Virus record (IMG/VR): IMGVR_UViG_3300043414_000247
Location: 1 to 34,255 of that record
Reading direction: 5' to 3' (one strand)
Origin: a virus
Lineage: Duplodnaviria > Caudoviricetes
DNA: 34,255 nt
The notes under the pieces were generated by a model. It was not told where the DNA came from and ran no database searches. It saw only the letters and a list, made by a program, of their open reading frames with translations. Position 1 is the first letter of the stretch; each line of letters opens with the position of its first letter. The translations under genes were made by a program, and so were the position numbers. Below, piece by piece: positions 16,330 to 24,344 of the stretch.

Positions 16330-17007
16330 TTACGCCGTTGCGGTGTCGGCTGCCGCTGTGGTGGCGTCTGCGGGCCATGCGGCGGCTGGCGTGCTGGCCC
16401 ATGAATAGTAGAGCGTGCGGTCGGTCGTGCGCAGCGGCATGATGATACCGAACGCGTTGAAGCCGGTTTCGTAAGCGAAGTCGACGATGGCCGGAGATCC
16501 ACCATTGTAGCGCACGATGGGGCTGGTCTTGCCGTCGCGGTCGGCCTTCTGGCCGGTCAGCTCCTGCCTGGCCTTCGCGAAGTCGGCTAAATATTGCGGG
16601 TTGTATTGCGCGGGCTTGCCGTCAAGATCCTGCGGCACGATGCGCCGGTAGTCGGGAAAGCTGCCGTCGATGCGAGAGCCGCCGAACGACTCGCCAGCAT
16701 GCTCGAACGTCAGGCGGCCGTCGTCGCCGATCGTCAGCGTCGTCATTGCGTCGCCGTCGCGCTTGTTCACCTTCAGCTTGGCGACTAGGTCGCGCGGCAC
16801 GATGACGGACGCGTGGGCGCCTGTCGCGCCATGCTCGCCATATGCCTGGCGCAGCACGATCATGCGATGGCCATCGGTGGCCGCCATGATCACGCCGTCC
16901 GGTGTAAATTCCAGATTGATCCCGTTCAGATAGTAACGTGTTTCTTCGGTCGAGACCGCGACCAAGACGGCGCGCAGGGCGCGGATGGAAAGCGTGACTT
17001 TAAGCAT
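16330..17007 (-). CDS. Truncated DNA polymerase III beta-clamp (DnaN)-like protein (225 aa)
   Basis: STEETRYYLNGI, ATDGHRM, VIVPR, IDGSFPDYRRIVP, YNPQYL and IIMPLR motifs; ATG 17007 with GGGAG RBS and its own promoter. Confidence 0.85.
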   Translation of the reverse strand: MLKVTLSIRALRAVLVAVSTEETRYYLNGINLEFTPDGVIMAATDGHRMIVLRQAYGEHGATGAHASVIVPRDLVAKLKVNKRDGDAMTTLTIGDDGRLTFEHAGESFGGSRIDGSFPDYRRIVPQDLDGKPAQYNPQYLADFAKARQELTGQKADRDGKTSPIVRYNGGSPAIVDFAYETGFNAFGIIMPLRTTDRTLYYSWASTPAAAWPADATTAAADTATA

Positions 17008-17035
17008 GGTGTGGTTCTCCCGTTTTGACTTTTCC

Positions 17036-17064
17036 AATGTAGCGCCGGACCGCAGTGCTGTAAA
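17036..17064 (-). promoter_or_regulatory. Putative sigma70 promoter of the clamp-like gene
   Basis: Minus strand TTTACA-N17-TACATT, preceded by GCAAGAAAACGC. Confidence 0.6.
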
Positions 17065-17092
17065 GCGTTTTCTTGCGATCCGGCTAACTTTT

Positions 17093-17302
17093 TTACGCGG
17101 CGTCCGATTGCGCCGCCACGTAGGGCACGTGCGCCTCAGCGTGGCAGCCATGCAGCTCGCCTGTGGCGATGGCCAGTTCCGCAGCGGCCAGCGACAGCGG
17201 CAGCCAACGGTTCGAACGTACGGTCCAATAATGCGCGCGCTGGCGGCCGTGCTTGTCGGCGCGAATGCGGATCTCAATGAGGCGGTTGAATTGGATGGCC
17301 AT
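17093..17302 (-). CDS. Hypothetical protein (69 aa)
   Basis: AGGA RBS; co-directional with the neighbouring genes. Confidence 0.55.
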   Translation of the reverse strand: MAIQFNRLIEIRIRADKHGRQRAHYWTVRSNRWLPLSLAAAELAIATGELHGCHAEAHVPYVAAQSDAA

Positions 17303-17320
17303 GGTCGTGGTTCCTGTCTT

Positions 17321-17413
17321 TTACGGGTTCAGCGCGATGGCGATGCAGATCACGCCAGCGATAAACGCGGCGGCTGCCAAGGCGTCGATGATATCTGATA
17401 AAATGGTCTTCAT
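17321..17413 (-). CDS. Small hydrophobic peptide (30 aa; not in ORF track)
   Basis: MKTILSDIIDALAAAAFIAGVICIAIALNP; AAGGGG RBS within the repeated start-associated sequence. Confidence 0.5.
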   Translation of the reverse strand: MKTILSDIIDALAAAAFIAGVICIAIALNP

Positions 17414-17448
17414 GTGCTTTGTCCCCTTAATGAGCGAAGGCGCTCGCA

Positions 17449-17479
17449 TAAGCCGCGCCCGTTGCTGGCGCGCGGCTTA
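17449..17479. promoter_or_regulatory. Intergenic hairpin
   Basis: TAAGCCGCGC-N11-GCGCGGCTTA, a perfect 10-bp stem. Confidence 0.5.
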
Positions 17480-17493
17480 GACTTGCGTCGTCG

Positions 17494-17697
17494 TCAGGCG
17501 GCGCGGTCCGACTGCGTCGGCGCTGGTTCCCACTTGACGCATTGGCGCGCTTCCGACCCTGTCGCGCGGCACTTGACGCAATAGCCGGAGCGGAACCCGC
17601 TGGCGCTTGTGCCGATCCATTGCGCGGGCTTGCCGCATTCGTGGCCGAACGTGCCAGGATTGCTGTTGTGGCACTTGCCGTCAGTTGCGTATGTCAT
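17494..17697 (-). CDS. Small Cys/His-rich (Zn-finger-like) protein, first gene of the leftward operon
   Basis: KCH..HECGKPA..YCVKC; GGGAG RBS directly after a near-consensus promoter. Confidence 0.55.
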   Translation of the reverse strand: MTYATDGKCHNSNPGTFGHECGKPAQWIGTSASGFRSGYCVKCRATGSEARQCVKWEPAPTQSDRAA

Positions 17698-17725
17698 GTG
17701 CTGTCTCCCGTTTGCCTATGGACAG

Positions 17726-17754
17726 AATTTAGCGCGGCGCTGCGCTGTTGTCAA
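17726..17754 (-). promoter_or_regulatory. Putative strong sigma70 early promoter
   Basis: Minus strand TTGACA-N17-TAAATT, preceded by GCAAAACATTGC. Confidence 0.7.
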
Positions 17755-17819
17755 GCAATGTTTTGCAGATGGCTCAAAAAGAATGTTTCTGCCCGTTTTG
17801 AGGGGCTTTGAAACGTCTG

Positions 17820-18270
17820 GGTCATGGATTGGCAGCGATTGGCGGTTTGAAAAATGGCGATTGCCCATGGTGGCGAGTCGAGCAAGTGGCTGATAACGCG
17901 GGGGATTGTCGAGGGCGTTGACCTTATAGATAATCATTAGACCTCACCCCAAGATTTGAAAATAATATATAGGGAATCCCATATGGTGGGATTTCCCGTA
18001 CGCCCCGCAACGTGACGCGCGCAAATCCTGCGCAGGATTGCGGCCTCCGGCCTCGCAATGACCCATATGGCCCAAAAGGGCTTTTTTGCTTCAAAATCAG
18101 CAACTTAACGTGGGTTTTCACCCTCAAAATGATTGCCCATACCATTGCCCATGATTTGCCGCTCTTGCGCTGCCAGGCTGCGCGCACCATATCTGCCATG
18201 TGCTTGGGCGTTGCCCAACTGACCTATGTCTCGCCATGCCGCCCAAACAACCTTGGCAAGTTGGGCAAAC
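17820..18270. repeat. Non-coding region with TTGCCCA iteron-like repeats around an AT-rich core (putative origin)
   Basis: TTGCCCA at 17861, 18133, 18145, 18211 and inverted at 18262-18268; AT-rich stretch at about 17923-17972. Confidence 0.5.
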
Positions 18271-18286
18271 GCAAAAGGATCGCGCT

Positions 18287-18532
18287 ATGAAGTCTGTCGC
18301 CAGTTCGCCCCGCGTCGAGACCGTCGAACACCTCCAGGCGTTGCTGTTCACGCCGGTCATGACGCGCAAGCGCTTCGACCCGCTGCTCCTGTACGTTCGC
18401 CACTTCCTGCCCGCTGGCATCGACGTGCAGCAGGAGCACCCTAACGGCGTCGTGCGCGTCGTCGTCAAGCACGAGGACGGTGAGGCGTATTGCGTGCGCA
18501 GCTCGCCGGATGCGCGCATCGCGCTGCTCTAG
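18287..18532 (+). CDS. Hypothetical protein (81 aa)
   Basis: AAAGGA RBS, ATG 18287, GC-ending codons like the other phage genes. Confidence 0.5.
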   Translation: MKSVASSPRVETVEHLQALLFTPVMTRKRFDPLLLYVRHFLPAGIDVQQEHPNGVVRVVVKHEDGEAYCVRSSPDARIALL

Positions 18533-18623
18533 CGCATTGGCCGTCTGGGCATTGCCCATGGCTGTCGGCAGGGCGCGGGCGGGTGACGGCCGGTCGGCTG
18601 GCGGCGCAGGGCCGGAGCCGGGC

Positions 18624-18637
18624 GGGGGGGGGGGGGG
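18624..18637. repeat. G14 homopolymer upstream of terS (possible packaging/terminus signal)
   Basis: 14 consecutive G in a GC-rich context, followed by an AT-rich tract and terS. Confidence 0.55.
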
Positions 18638-18670
18638 CCCGGGCGGCGCCGGTCACCGGTCACGAAGGGT

Positions 18671-18698
18671 TTGCACAAACTTTTTTTTAATTTATAAA
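18671..18698 (+). promoter_or_regulatory. Putative promoter of the packaging/structural operon
   Basis: TTGCAC-N16-TATAAA, ending 8 nt before the terS ATG. Confidence 0.45.
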
Positions 18699-18706
18699 AA
18701 ACAGCT

Positions 18707-19216
18707 ATGAGCTGGCATTCCATTCCCCACGAACCGCGCAAACTCACCGCGACCGAGGCGCGTCTCGACGCAATCTATGCGGCCGCACGTAAAGGTCTGA
18801 AGGGCGACACGCTCGCCTTGGCGTCTGGCTTGCTCCCGGCGGAGTACCGCCAATTATGCCAATTTGACCCACTGGCCGAACTGGCGGAACTTAAAGGCCG
18901 CGCGGACGGCGAGATGGAAATCTCGTCTGTCTTGCACAACGCAGCCGCAGGCGGCGACGCCAAGGCGGCGCTGGAGATACTGAAGCACGTCCACGGCTGG
19001 GTGGCGAAGCAGCAGATCAGCGTGGACGTGGAGCAGCGCATCAGCATCACTGCTGCGTTGCAGGAAGCTAGCTCTCGCGTCATCAATGGATTTGTGGTAG
19101 ATGATGCGGAGGCCGTAGACGCTGTAACGTCTTACGGCCCCCTAACGCACCAGATAGGAGCTGGCGGCTATGACGCAAATTACACAGAGCGAATTGATAC
19201 GTCTAGTGACGTATGA
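18707..19216 (+). CDS. terS: Terminase small subunit
   Basis: Position before terL; N-terminal HTH-like region; AELKGRADGE..GDAKAALEILKH..W..KQQISVDV pattern. Confidence 0.75.
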   Translation: MSWHSIPHEPRKLTATEARLDAIYAAARKGLKGDTLALASGLLPAEYRQLCQFDPLAELAELKGRADGEMEISSVLHNAAAGGDAKAALEILKHVHGWVAKQQISVDVEQRISITAALQEASSRVINGFVVDDAEAVDAVTSYGPLTHQIGAGGYDANYTERIDTSSDV

Positions 19217-19652
19217 CGCGAACACAGGCGTAATTGCTTGGCGCGTGCAAAGAGGCCCAAACGCAGCGGGCCGCGTGGCAAACTGCCTTGATCATCACGG
19301 GTACATTGTTGTCCGCGTAAATCGGGTGCTGTACAAAGCGCACCGCCTTGCGTGGCTGTACACTTACGGTGAATGGCCGGAAGACGAGCTTGACCACATA
19401 AACCGCGTTCGCGACGATAACCGTATAGCTAATCTTCGGCTTAGTGACCGTGCGCGCAACCCTAAGAACACCGGAATGTTCTGCACCAACACCAGCGGCG
19501 TAAAAGGTGTAACGTTGCACAAAGCCAGCCAACGCTGGCACGCACGAATTTACGACAAAAACCGCTGCGTAAGCCTTGGGTATTACGATACGCTTGATGC
19601 AGCAGCCTCCGCCCGCGCGGCGGCGGAAGAAAAATACGGGTACAGAGCATGA
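19170..19652 (+). mobile_element. Free-standing HNH homing endonuclease with C-terminal AP2-like domain
   Basis: HRLAWLY..DHINRVRDDNRIANLR (HNH) and NTSGVKGV..WHARI..SLGYY..A (AP2); overlaps both terS and terL; AGGAG RBS. Confidence 0.88.
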
Positions 19653-21172
19653 AAACAACCGTTTACAGCCCGGACGAAGAACAGCGGCTTATGTCGCTTC
19701 TTTGGTCAAAACAGATCAAAGACGACCCATTGGCGTTCGTAAGGTTTAATTTTCCTTGGGGTAAGCCCGGCACGCCTTTGGAACATTTTTCTGGCCCGCG
19801 TAAATGGCAGCGCGAAGTTCTTGGCGATCTTGCGGACCACATACGCGAAAATAACGGTAAGATAGATTTTAACACGTTGCGTATGGCCGTAAGCTCCGGG
19901 CGCGGCATTGGCAAATCGGCGTTGGTCAGTTGGCTGATACTTTGGTTTATGTCCACGCGGTTAGGGTCCACAACCATTGTTTCGGCTAACAGCGAAGCCC
20001 AGCTCAGATCAGTCACTTGGGCCGAAATAACCAAGTGGCTAAGCATGTCGATGAACAGCCATTGGTTTGAAATTTCGGCCACCCGCGTCATGGCGGCTAA
20101 ATGGCTGTCTGAATTGGTTGAACGCGATCTAAGCAAAGGTACTCGGTATTGGTACGTAGAAGGCCGCCTTTGGTCGGCAGAAAACCCGGACGCTTACGCG
20201 GGCGCGCACAACGTAGACGGCATGATGCTGGTGTTCGACGAGGCGTCGGGCATCGACGACGCCATCTGGTCGGTCGCGGCGGGGTTCTTCACGGAGAACA
20301 CGCCCAACCGCTTCTGGCTGGCGTTCTCCAACCCGCGCCGCAACAGCGGGTACTTCTACGAGTGCTTCAACTCCAAGCGGGACTTCTGGCGCAACAAGAT
20401 CGTGGACGCCCGGTCGGTTGAGGGGACTGACAAGCAGGTCTACCAGCAGATCATTGACGAGTACGGCGCGGATAGCAGCCAGGCGCACGTCGAGGTGTAC
20501 GGCCAATTCCCGAACGCATCGGACGACCAGTTCATCGGGTCTGTGACGGTGGACGAAGCGATGAAGCGCGAGCGGGTCAAGGACCAGTCGGCACCCATCG
20601 TGATCGGCGTGGACCCGGCGCGGTTTGGGTCCGACAGCACGGTCATCGCCGTGCGGCAGGGGCGCGACATCATCGCGATCAAGCGGCACAAGGGCGACGA
20701 CACCATGGAGACCGTGGGGCGGGTCATAGAGGCCATCGAGGAGTACAAGCCAGCCATGGTCGTCGTGGACGAGGGCGGGCTGGGGGCGGGCGTTGTAGAC
20801 CGGCTGAAGGAACAGCGGTATAAGATCCGGGGCGTGAATTTCGGGTCCAAGTCGAAGAACCCGCTGATGTGGGGAAACAAGCGCGCCGAGATGTGGGGAG
20901 AAATGCGCGAATGGCTGAAGACGGCGAGCATCCCAAGCGACCGCTACTTGAAGAGCGATCTGATTGGACCCCTTATGAAGCCGGATTCAAGAGGGACGAT
21001 CTTCCTCGAAAGCAAAAAAGACATGAAGTCGAGGGGGCTTGCCTCGCCCGACGCCGCCGACGCCATAGCGGTTACGTTCGCGTTTCCCGTTGCTCGCCGC
21101 GAAACGGTTGACCGCAACCCGCGCAGAGGGTACTCTGGCGCAGGAATTTCAACTTCTTGGCTTGGAGCCTGA
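19649..21172 (+). CDS. terL: Terminase large subunit
   Basis: PRKWQ, Walker A SGRGIGKS, Walker B VFDEASG, motif III SNP, nuclease motifs IGVDPARFGSD and SPDAADA. Confidence 0.93.
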   Translation: MKTTVYSPDEEQRLMSLLWSKQIKDDPLAFVRFNFPWGKPGTPLEHFSGPRKWQREVLGDLADHIRENNGKIDFNTLRMAVSSGRGIGKSALVSWLILWFMSTRLGSTTIVSANSEAQLRSVTWAEITKWLSMSMNSHWFEISATRVMAAKWLSELVERDLSKGTRYWYVEGRLWSAENPDAYAGAHNVDGMMLVFDEASGIDDAIWSVAAGFFTENTPNRFWLAFSNPRRNSGYFYECFNSKRDFWRNKIVDARSVEGTDKQVYQQIIDEYGADSSQAHVEVYGQFPNASDDQFIGSVTVDEAMKRERVKDQSAPIVIGVDPARFGSDSTVIAVRQGRDIIAIKRHKGDDTMETVGRVIEAIEEYKPAMVVVDEGGLGAGVVDRLKEQRYKIRGVNFGSKSKNPLMWGNKRAEMWGEMREWLKTASIPSDRYLKSDLIGPLMKPDSRGTIFLESKKDMKSRGLASPDAADAIAVTFAFPVARRETVDRNPRRGYSGAGISTSWLGA

Positions 21173-21173
21173 C

Positions 21174-21599
21174 ATGGCTAACACAAAAGCAATCGGCGTC
21201 GCGTTCTTGGATCAGGACATTACCGGCGCGGATTTCGTTAGCGCCGGAACAGTGTACGCTACCGCCGAAATTGGCTACTCCGCGGCCGCGCAGGGCACGG
21301 TCACGCAGGCTACCAGCAAGGCCACTGGTGTCACGCTGAACAAGTCGGCAGGCCGCATCACCATGAACGGCGCGGCGCTGGCGGGCAACACCGCAGAGTC
21401 GTTCACGCTGACGAACTCGACTCTTAGCGCCAAGGACGTGATTGTCGTGTGCATCAGCGGCGGCGGGACGGCAGCGGCTTACACGGTCTACGTGTCCAGC
21501 ATGGCTGCTGGCTCGGCGGTCATCACGCTGCGCAACCTGACTGCTGGTTCGCTGTCCGAAGCGGTCGTGATCAACTTCGCCATCATCCACGGCGCCTAA
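21174..21599 (+). CDS. Putative virion structural/decoration protein (141 aa)
   Basis: Thr/Ala/Gly-rich beta protein (VTQATSKATGVTLN); GGAG RBS; ATG 21174. Confidence 0.55.
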   Translation: MANTKAIGVAFLDQDITGADFVSAGTVYATAEIGYSAAAQGTVTQATSKATGVTLNKSAGRITMNGAALAGNTAESFTLTNSTLSAKDVIVVCISGGGTAAAYTVYVSSMAAGSAVITLRNLTAGSLSEAVVINFAIIHGA

Positions 21600-21766
21600 T
21601 GGCTAAGAAGCCCGGACTGTACGCCAACATCAACGCCAAGCAGGACCGCATTGCGGCTGGTTCTGGCGAGAAAATGCGCAAGCCGGGTGCGGCTGGCGCT
21701 CCGACTGCCAAGGCGTTCAAGGAATCCGCCAAGACTGCTAAGCCTATGGCCAAAAAGGGCAAATAA
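21599..21766 (+). CDS. Small basic protein (55 aa)
   Basis: MAKKPGLYANINAK..GSGEKMRKPG; TAATG-coupled at both ends. Confidence 0.7.
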   Translation: MAKKPGLYANINAKQDRIAAGSGEKMRKPGAAGAPTAKAFKESAKTAKPMAKKGK

Positions 21767-23976
21767 TGGCTGCGAACGACGTAAAAGCCGCCGGTAAGGT
21801 CTCCGAAGCTGACGACCACGACCGTCTGGCGACGATGCGTTCGCGGTTCACTATGGCTATTTCCGCGTATTCGGACAGCCGCGAGGACGAGCTGGACGAT
21901 CTGCGCTTCATGGCCGGATCGCCCGACAACCAGTGGCAGTGGCCCGCCGACGTGCTGGCTACCCGTGGCTCGGTGCAGGGCCAGACAATCAACGCGCGGC
22001 CGTGTCTGACGATCAACAAGCTGCCGCAGCACGTCCGGCAGGTGACGAACGAGCAGCGCCAGAATCGCCCAACCGGCAAGGTCATCCCGGCGGACGACAA
22101 GGCCGACGTGGAGGTCGCCGAGATCTTCGACGGCATGGTGCGGCACATCGAGTACATCTCGGACGCCGACGTGGCCTACGACACGGCCTGCGACAACCAG
22201 GTCACCTACGGCGAGGGCTACATCCGCATTCTGACGGAGTACTGCCGCGAAGACAGCTTCGATCAGGATTTGAAGATTGGCCGCGTTCGCAACTCGTTTT
22301 CGGTCTACATGGACCCTACCATTCAAGACCCGTGCGGGTCTGACGCCGAGTGGTGCTTCTTGACGGAAGACATGACCAAGGACGAGTACGAACGGATGTT
22401 CCCGAACGCCTCGCCGGTCAGCTCCATGATGACGCAGGGCGTGGGCGACCAGTCGCTCGCGCAGTGGCTCAGCGAGGACACGGTCCGCATCGCGGAATAT
22501 TTCTATTACGAGCACAAATCGGCCAAACTGAACCTGTATCCGGGCAATTCGACGGCCATCGACGGCTCGCCGCAGGACAAGCAGCTCAAGCTGATGTTCC
22601 AGAAGCCGCTGCGCACGCGCAACGTGGACCAGCGCAAGGTCAAGTGGCTCAAGACCAACGGTTTTGAGGTGTTGCAGGAGCAGGACTGGGCGGGCAAGTA
22701 CATCCCGGTCATCCGCGTCGTCGGCAACGAATGGGAAGTGGACGGGCAGCTCTACGTGTCCGGTCTGGTGCGCAACGCCAAGGATGCGCAGCGCATGTAC
22801 AACTATTGGGTCAGCCAGGAAGCCGAGATGCTGGCGCTGGCTCCCAAAGCACCCTTTATTGGTTACGGCGGCCAGTTTGAAGGCTACGAGAACCAGTGGA
22901 AGACGGCCAACACGACAAATTGGCCCTACTTGGAGGTCAACCCGGATGTCACTGACGGCGCTGGGTCGGCTCTTCCGCTTCCGCAGCGCGCAGCGCCCCC
23001 GCTCGCACAGACTGGCCTCATACAGGCGAAAATGGGGGCTTCTGACGACATCAAGGCCACCACAGGTCAGTACGACAGTTCGCTTGGCGCGACCAGCAAC
23101 GAGCGGTCTGGCAGGGCCATTCTGGCTCGTGAAAAACAGGGCGATACGGGTACATATCATTACGTAGACAACCTGTCGCGCGCCATCCGGTACGTCACGC
23201 GGCAGCTTGTGGACATGATCCCCAAGATTTACGACACGGAGCGAATCGCGCGCATCGTCGGCCTCGACGGCGAGGTCGGCATGGTGAAGGTCAACCCGCA
23301 GCAGCCCGAAGCTGTTAAGCAGATCGTTGACCAGATGGGCGTTGTGATCGAAAAGGTCTACAACCCGTCCGTTGGCGTCTACGACGTGTGCGTCACGACC
23401 GGGCCGGGCTACATGACTAAGCGCCAAGAGGCGCTGGATGCCATGTCGATGCTGCTTCAGTCAAACCCGGACCTCTGGAAGGTCGCGGGCGACCTGTTCA
23501 TCAAAAACATGGACTGGCCTGGTGCGCAGGAGATGGCCAAGCGGTTCGCCAAGATCATCGACCCGAAAGTCATGGATGGCGAAGACCAGTCGCCGGAAAT
23601 GCAGATGGCCAAGCAGCAGATTGAGGCCATGACGCAGCACATGCAGCAGATGGAAGGCATGTTGCAGCGCGTCCAGCAGTCGATGGAAGCGCAGGATCTG
23701 GACATCAAGAAGTTCGACTCGCAGGTGAAGGCGTACGATGCCGAAACCAAGCGCATTTCAGCGGTGCAGGCGTCTATGTCCGCCGAACAAATCCAAGACA
23801 TCGTGATGGGCACCATCCACGCGGCCATCGACACGGGCGATTTGATCAGCAACATGCCCGACCGTGGGCAGCTTGAGCAGAACGAGTTTGGTGACGCGCC
23901 TGCAATGGCCCCACAGATGGGCGAGATGCCTATGGAACAGCCTCCGCAGCCTGACATGATGGGACAAGGCCAATGA
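21766..23976 (+). CDS. Portal protein (P22-like)
   Basis: QW....RPCLTINKL, GLVRNAKDAQRMYNYW, SGRAILAR, YDTERIARI, YDV.V.TGPGY.TKRQE motifs and a Gln-rich C-terminal coiled coil. Confidence 0.92.
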   Translation: MAANDVKAAGKVSEADDHDRLATMRSRFTMAISAYSDSREDELDDLRFMAGSPDNQWQWPADVLATRGSVQGQTINARPCLTINKLPQHVRQVTNEQRQNRPTGKVIPADDKADVEVAEIFDGMVRHIEYISDADVAYDTACDNQVTYGEGYIRILTEYCREDSFDQDLKIGRVRNSFSVYMDPTIQDPCGSDAEWCFLTEDMTKDEYERMFPNASPVSSMMTQGVGDQSLAQWLSEDTVRIAEYFYYEHKSAKLNLYPGNSTAIDGSPQDKQLKLMFQKPLRTRNVDQRKVKWLKTNGFEVLQEQDWAGKYIPVIRVVGNEWEVDGQLYVSGLVRNAKDAQRMYNYWVSQEAEMLALAPKAPFIGYGGQFEGYENQWKTANTTNWPYLEVNPDVTDGAGSALPLPQRAAPPLAQTGLIQAKMGASDDIKATTGQYDSSLGATSNERSGRAILAREKQGDTGTYHYVDNLSRAIRYVTRQLVDMIPKIYDTERIARIVGLDGEVGMVKVNPQQPEAVKQIVDQMGVVIEKVYNPSVGVYDVCVTTGPGYMTKRQEALDAMSMLLQSNPDLWKVAGDLFIKNMDWPGAQEMAKRFAKIIDPKVMDGEDQSPEMQMAKQQIEAMTQHMQQMEGMLQRVQQSMEAQDLDIKKFDSQVKAYDAETKRISAVQASMSAEQIQDIVMGTIHAAIDTGDLISNMPDRGQLEQNEFGDAPAMAPQMGEMPMEQPPQPDMMGQGQ

Positions 23977-24335
23977 AACCCGCTGACTTCATCGGTTGCA
24001 TGTTCTTGGCGCGGGATGTGGCCCATTCCGTCCACCTGAACACCCGCAGCTTTGCCAAACACATGGCCTTGAACACTTTTTACGACGAGATTGTCGGCCT
24101 AGCCGACTCTTTTGCCGAAGCGTATCAGGGCCGGCACGGGCTGGTCGGCCCGATCACGTTGCATTCGGCCAAAAAGACCTCTAATATCGTTGAGTTTTTG
24201 ACGGAAAGCTTGGCCGAGATTGAAGAAGCTCGGTATAAGGTCTGCGACAAGGACGAGACGGCCATTCAGAACATCATCGACGAGATCGTCGGTCTGTACC
24301 TGACGACCCTTTACAAACTTCGCTTCTTGGCGTGA
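23973..24335 (+). CDS. Ferritin/Dps-like four-helix protein (DUF5856-like)
   Basis: AHSVHLNT.SFAKHMAL..FYD....ADSFAEAYQG and IQNIIDEI..L..TLYKL. Confidence 0.65.
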   Translation: MKPADFIGCMFLARDVAHSVHLNTRSFAKHMALNTFYDEIVGLADSFAEAYQGRHGLVGPITLHSAKKTSNIVEFLTESLAEIEEARYKVCDKDETAIQNIIDEIVGLYLTTLYKLRFLA

Positions 24336-24344
24336 GGCTCTGAC

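Noticed and set aside
17008-17277. 90-aa N-terminal extension of the clamp-like ORF in the ORF track
   Set aside because: Does not resemble DnaN domain I, overlaps another gene and a promoter; the RBS supports ATG 17007.
17716-18290. Short ORFs in the origin-like region
   Set aside because: No RBS, atypical composition and mutually overlapping; better explained as non-coding DNA.
19170-19652. HNH gene as part of a group I intron or intein
   Set aside because: terS and terL are each uninterrupted and overlap the HNH ORF, leaving no room for a ribozyme core; no intein motifs.
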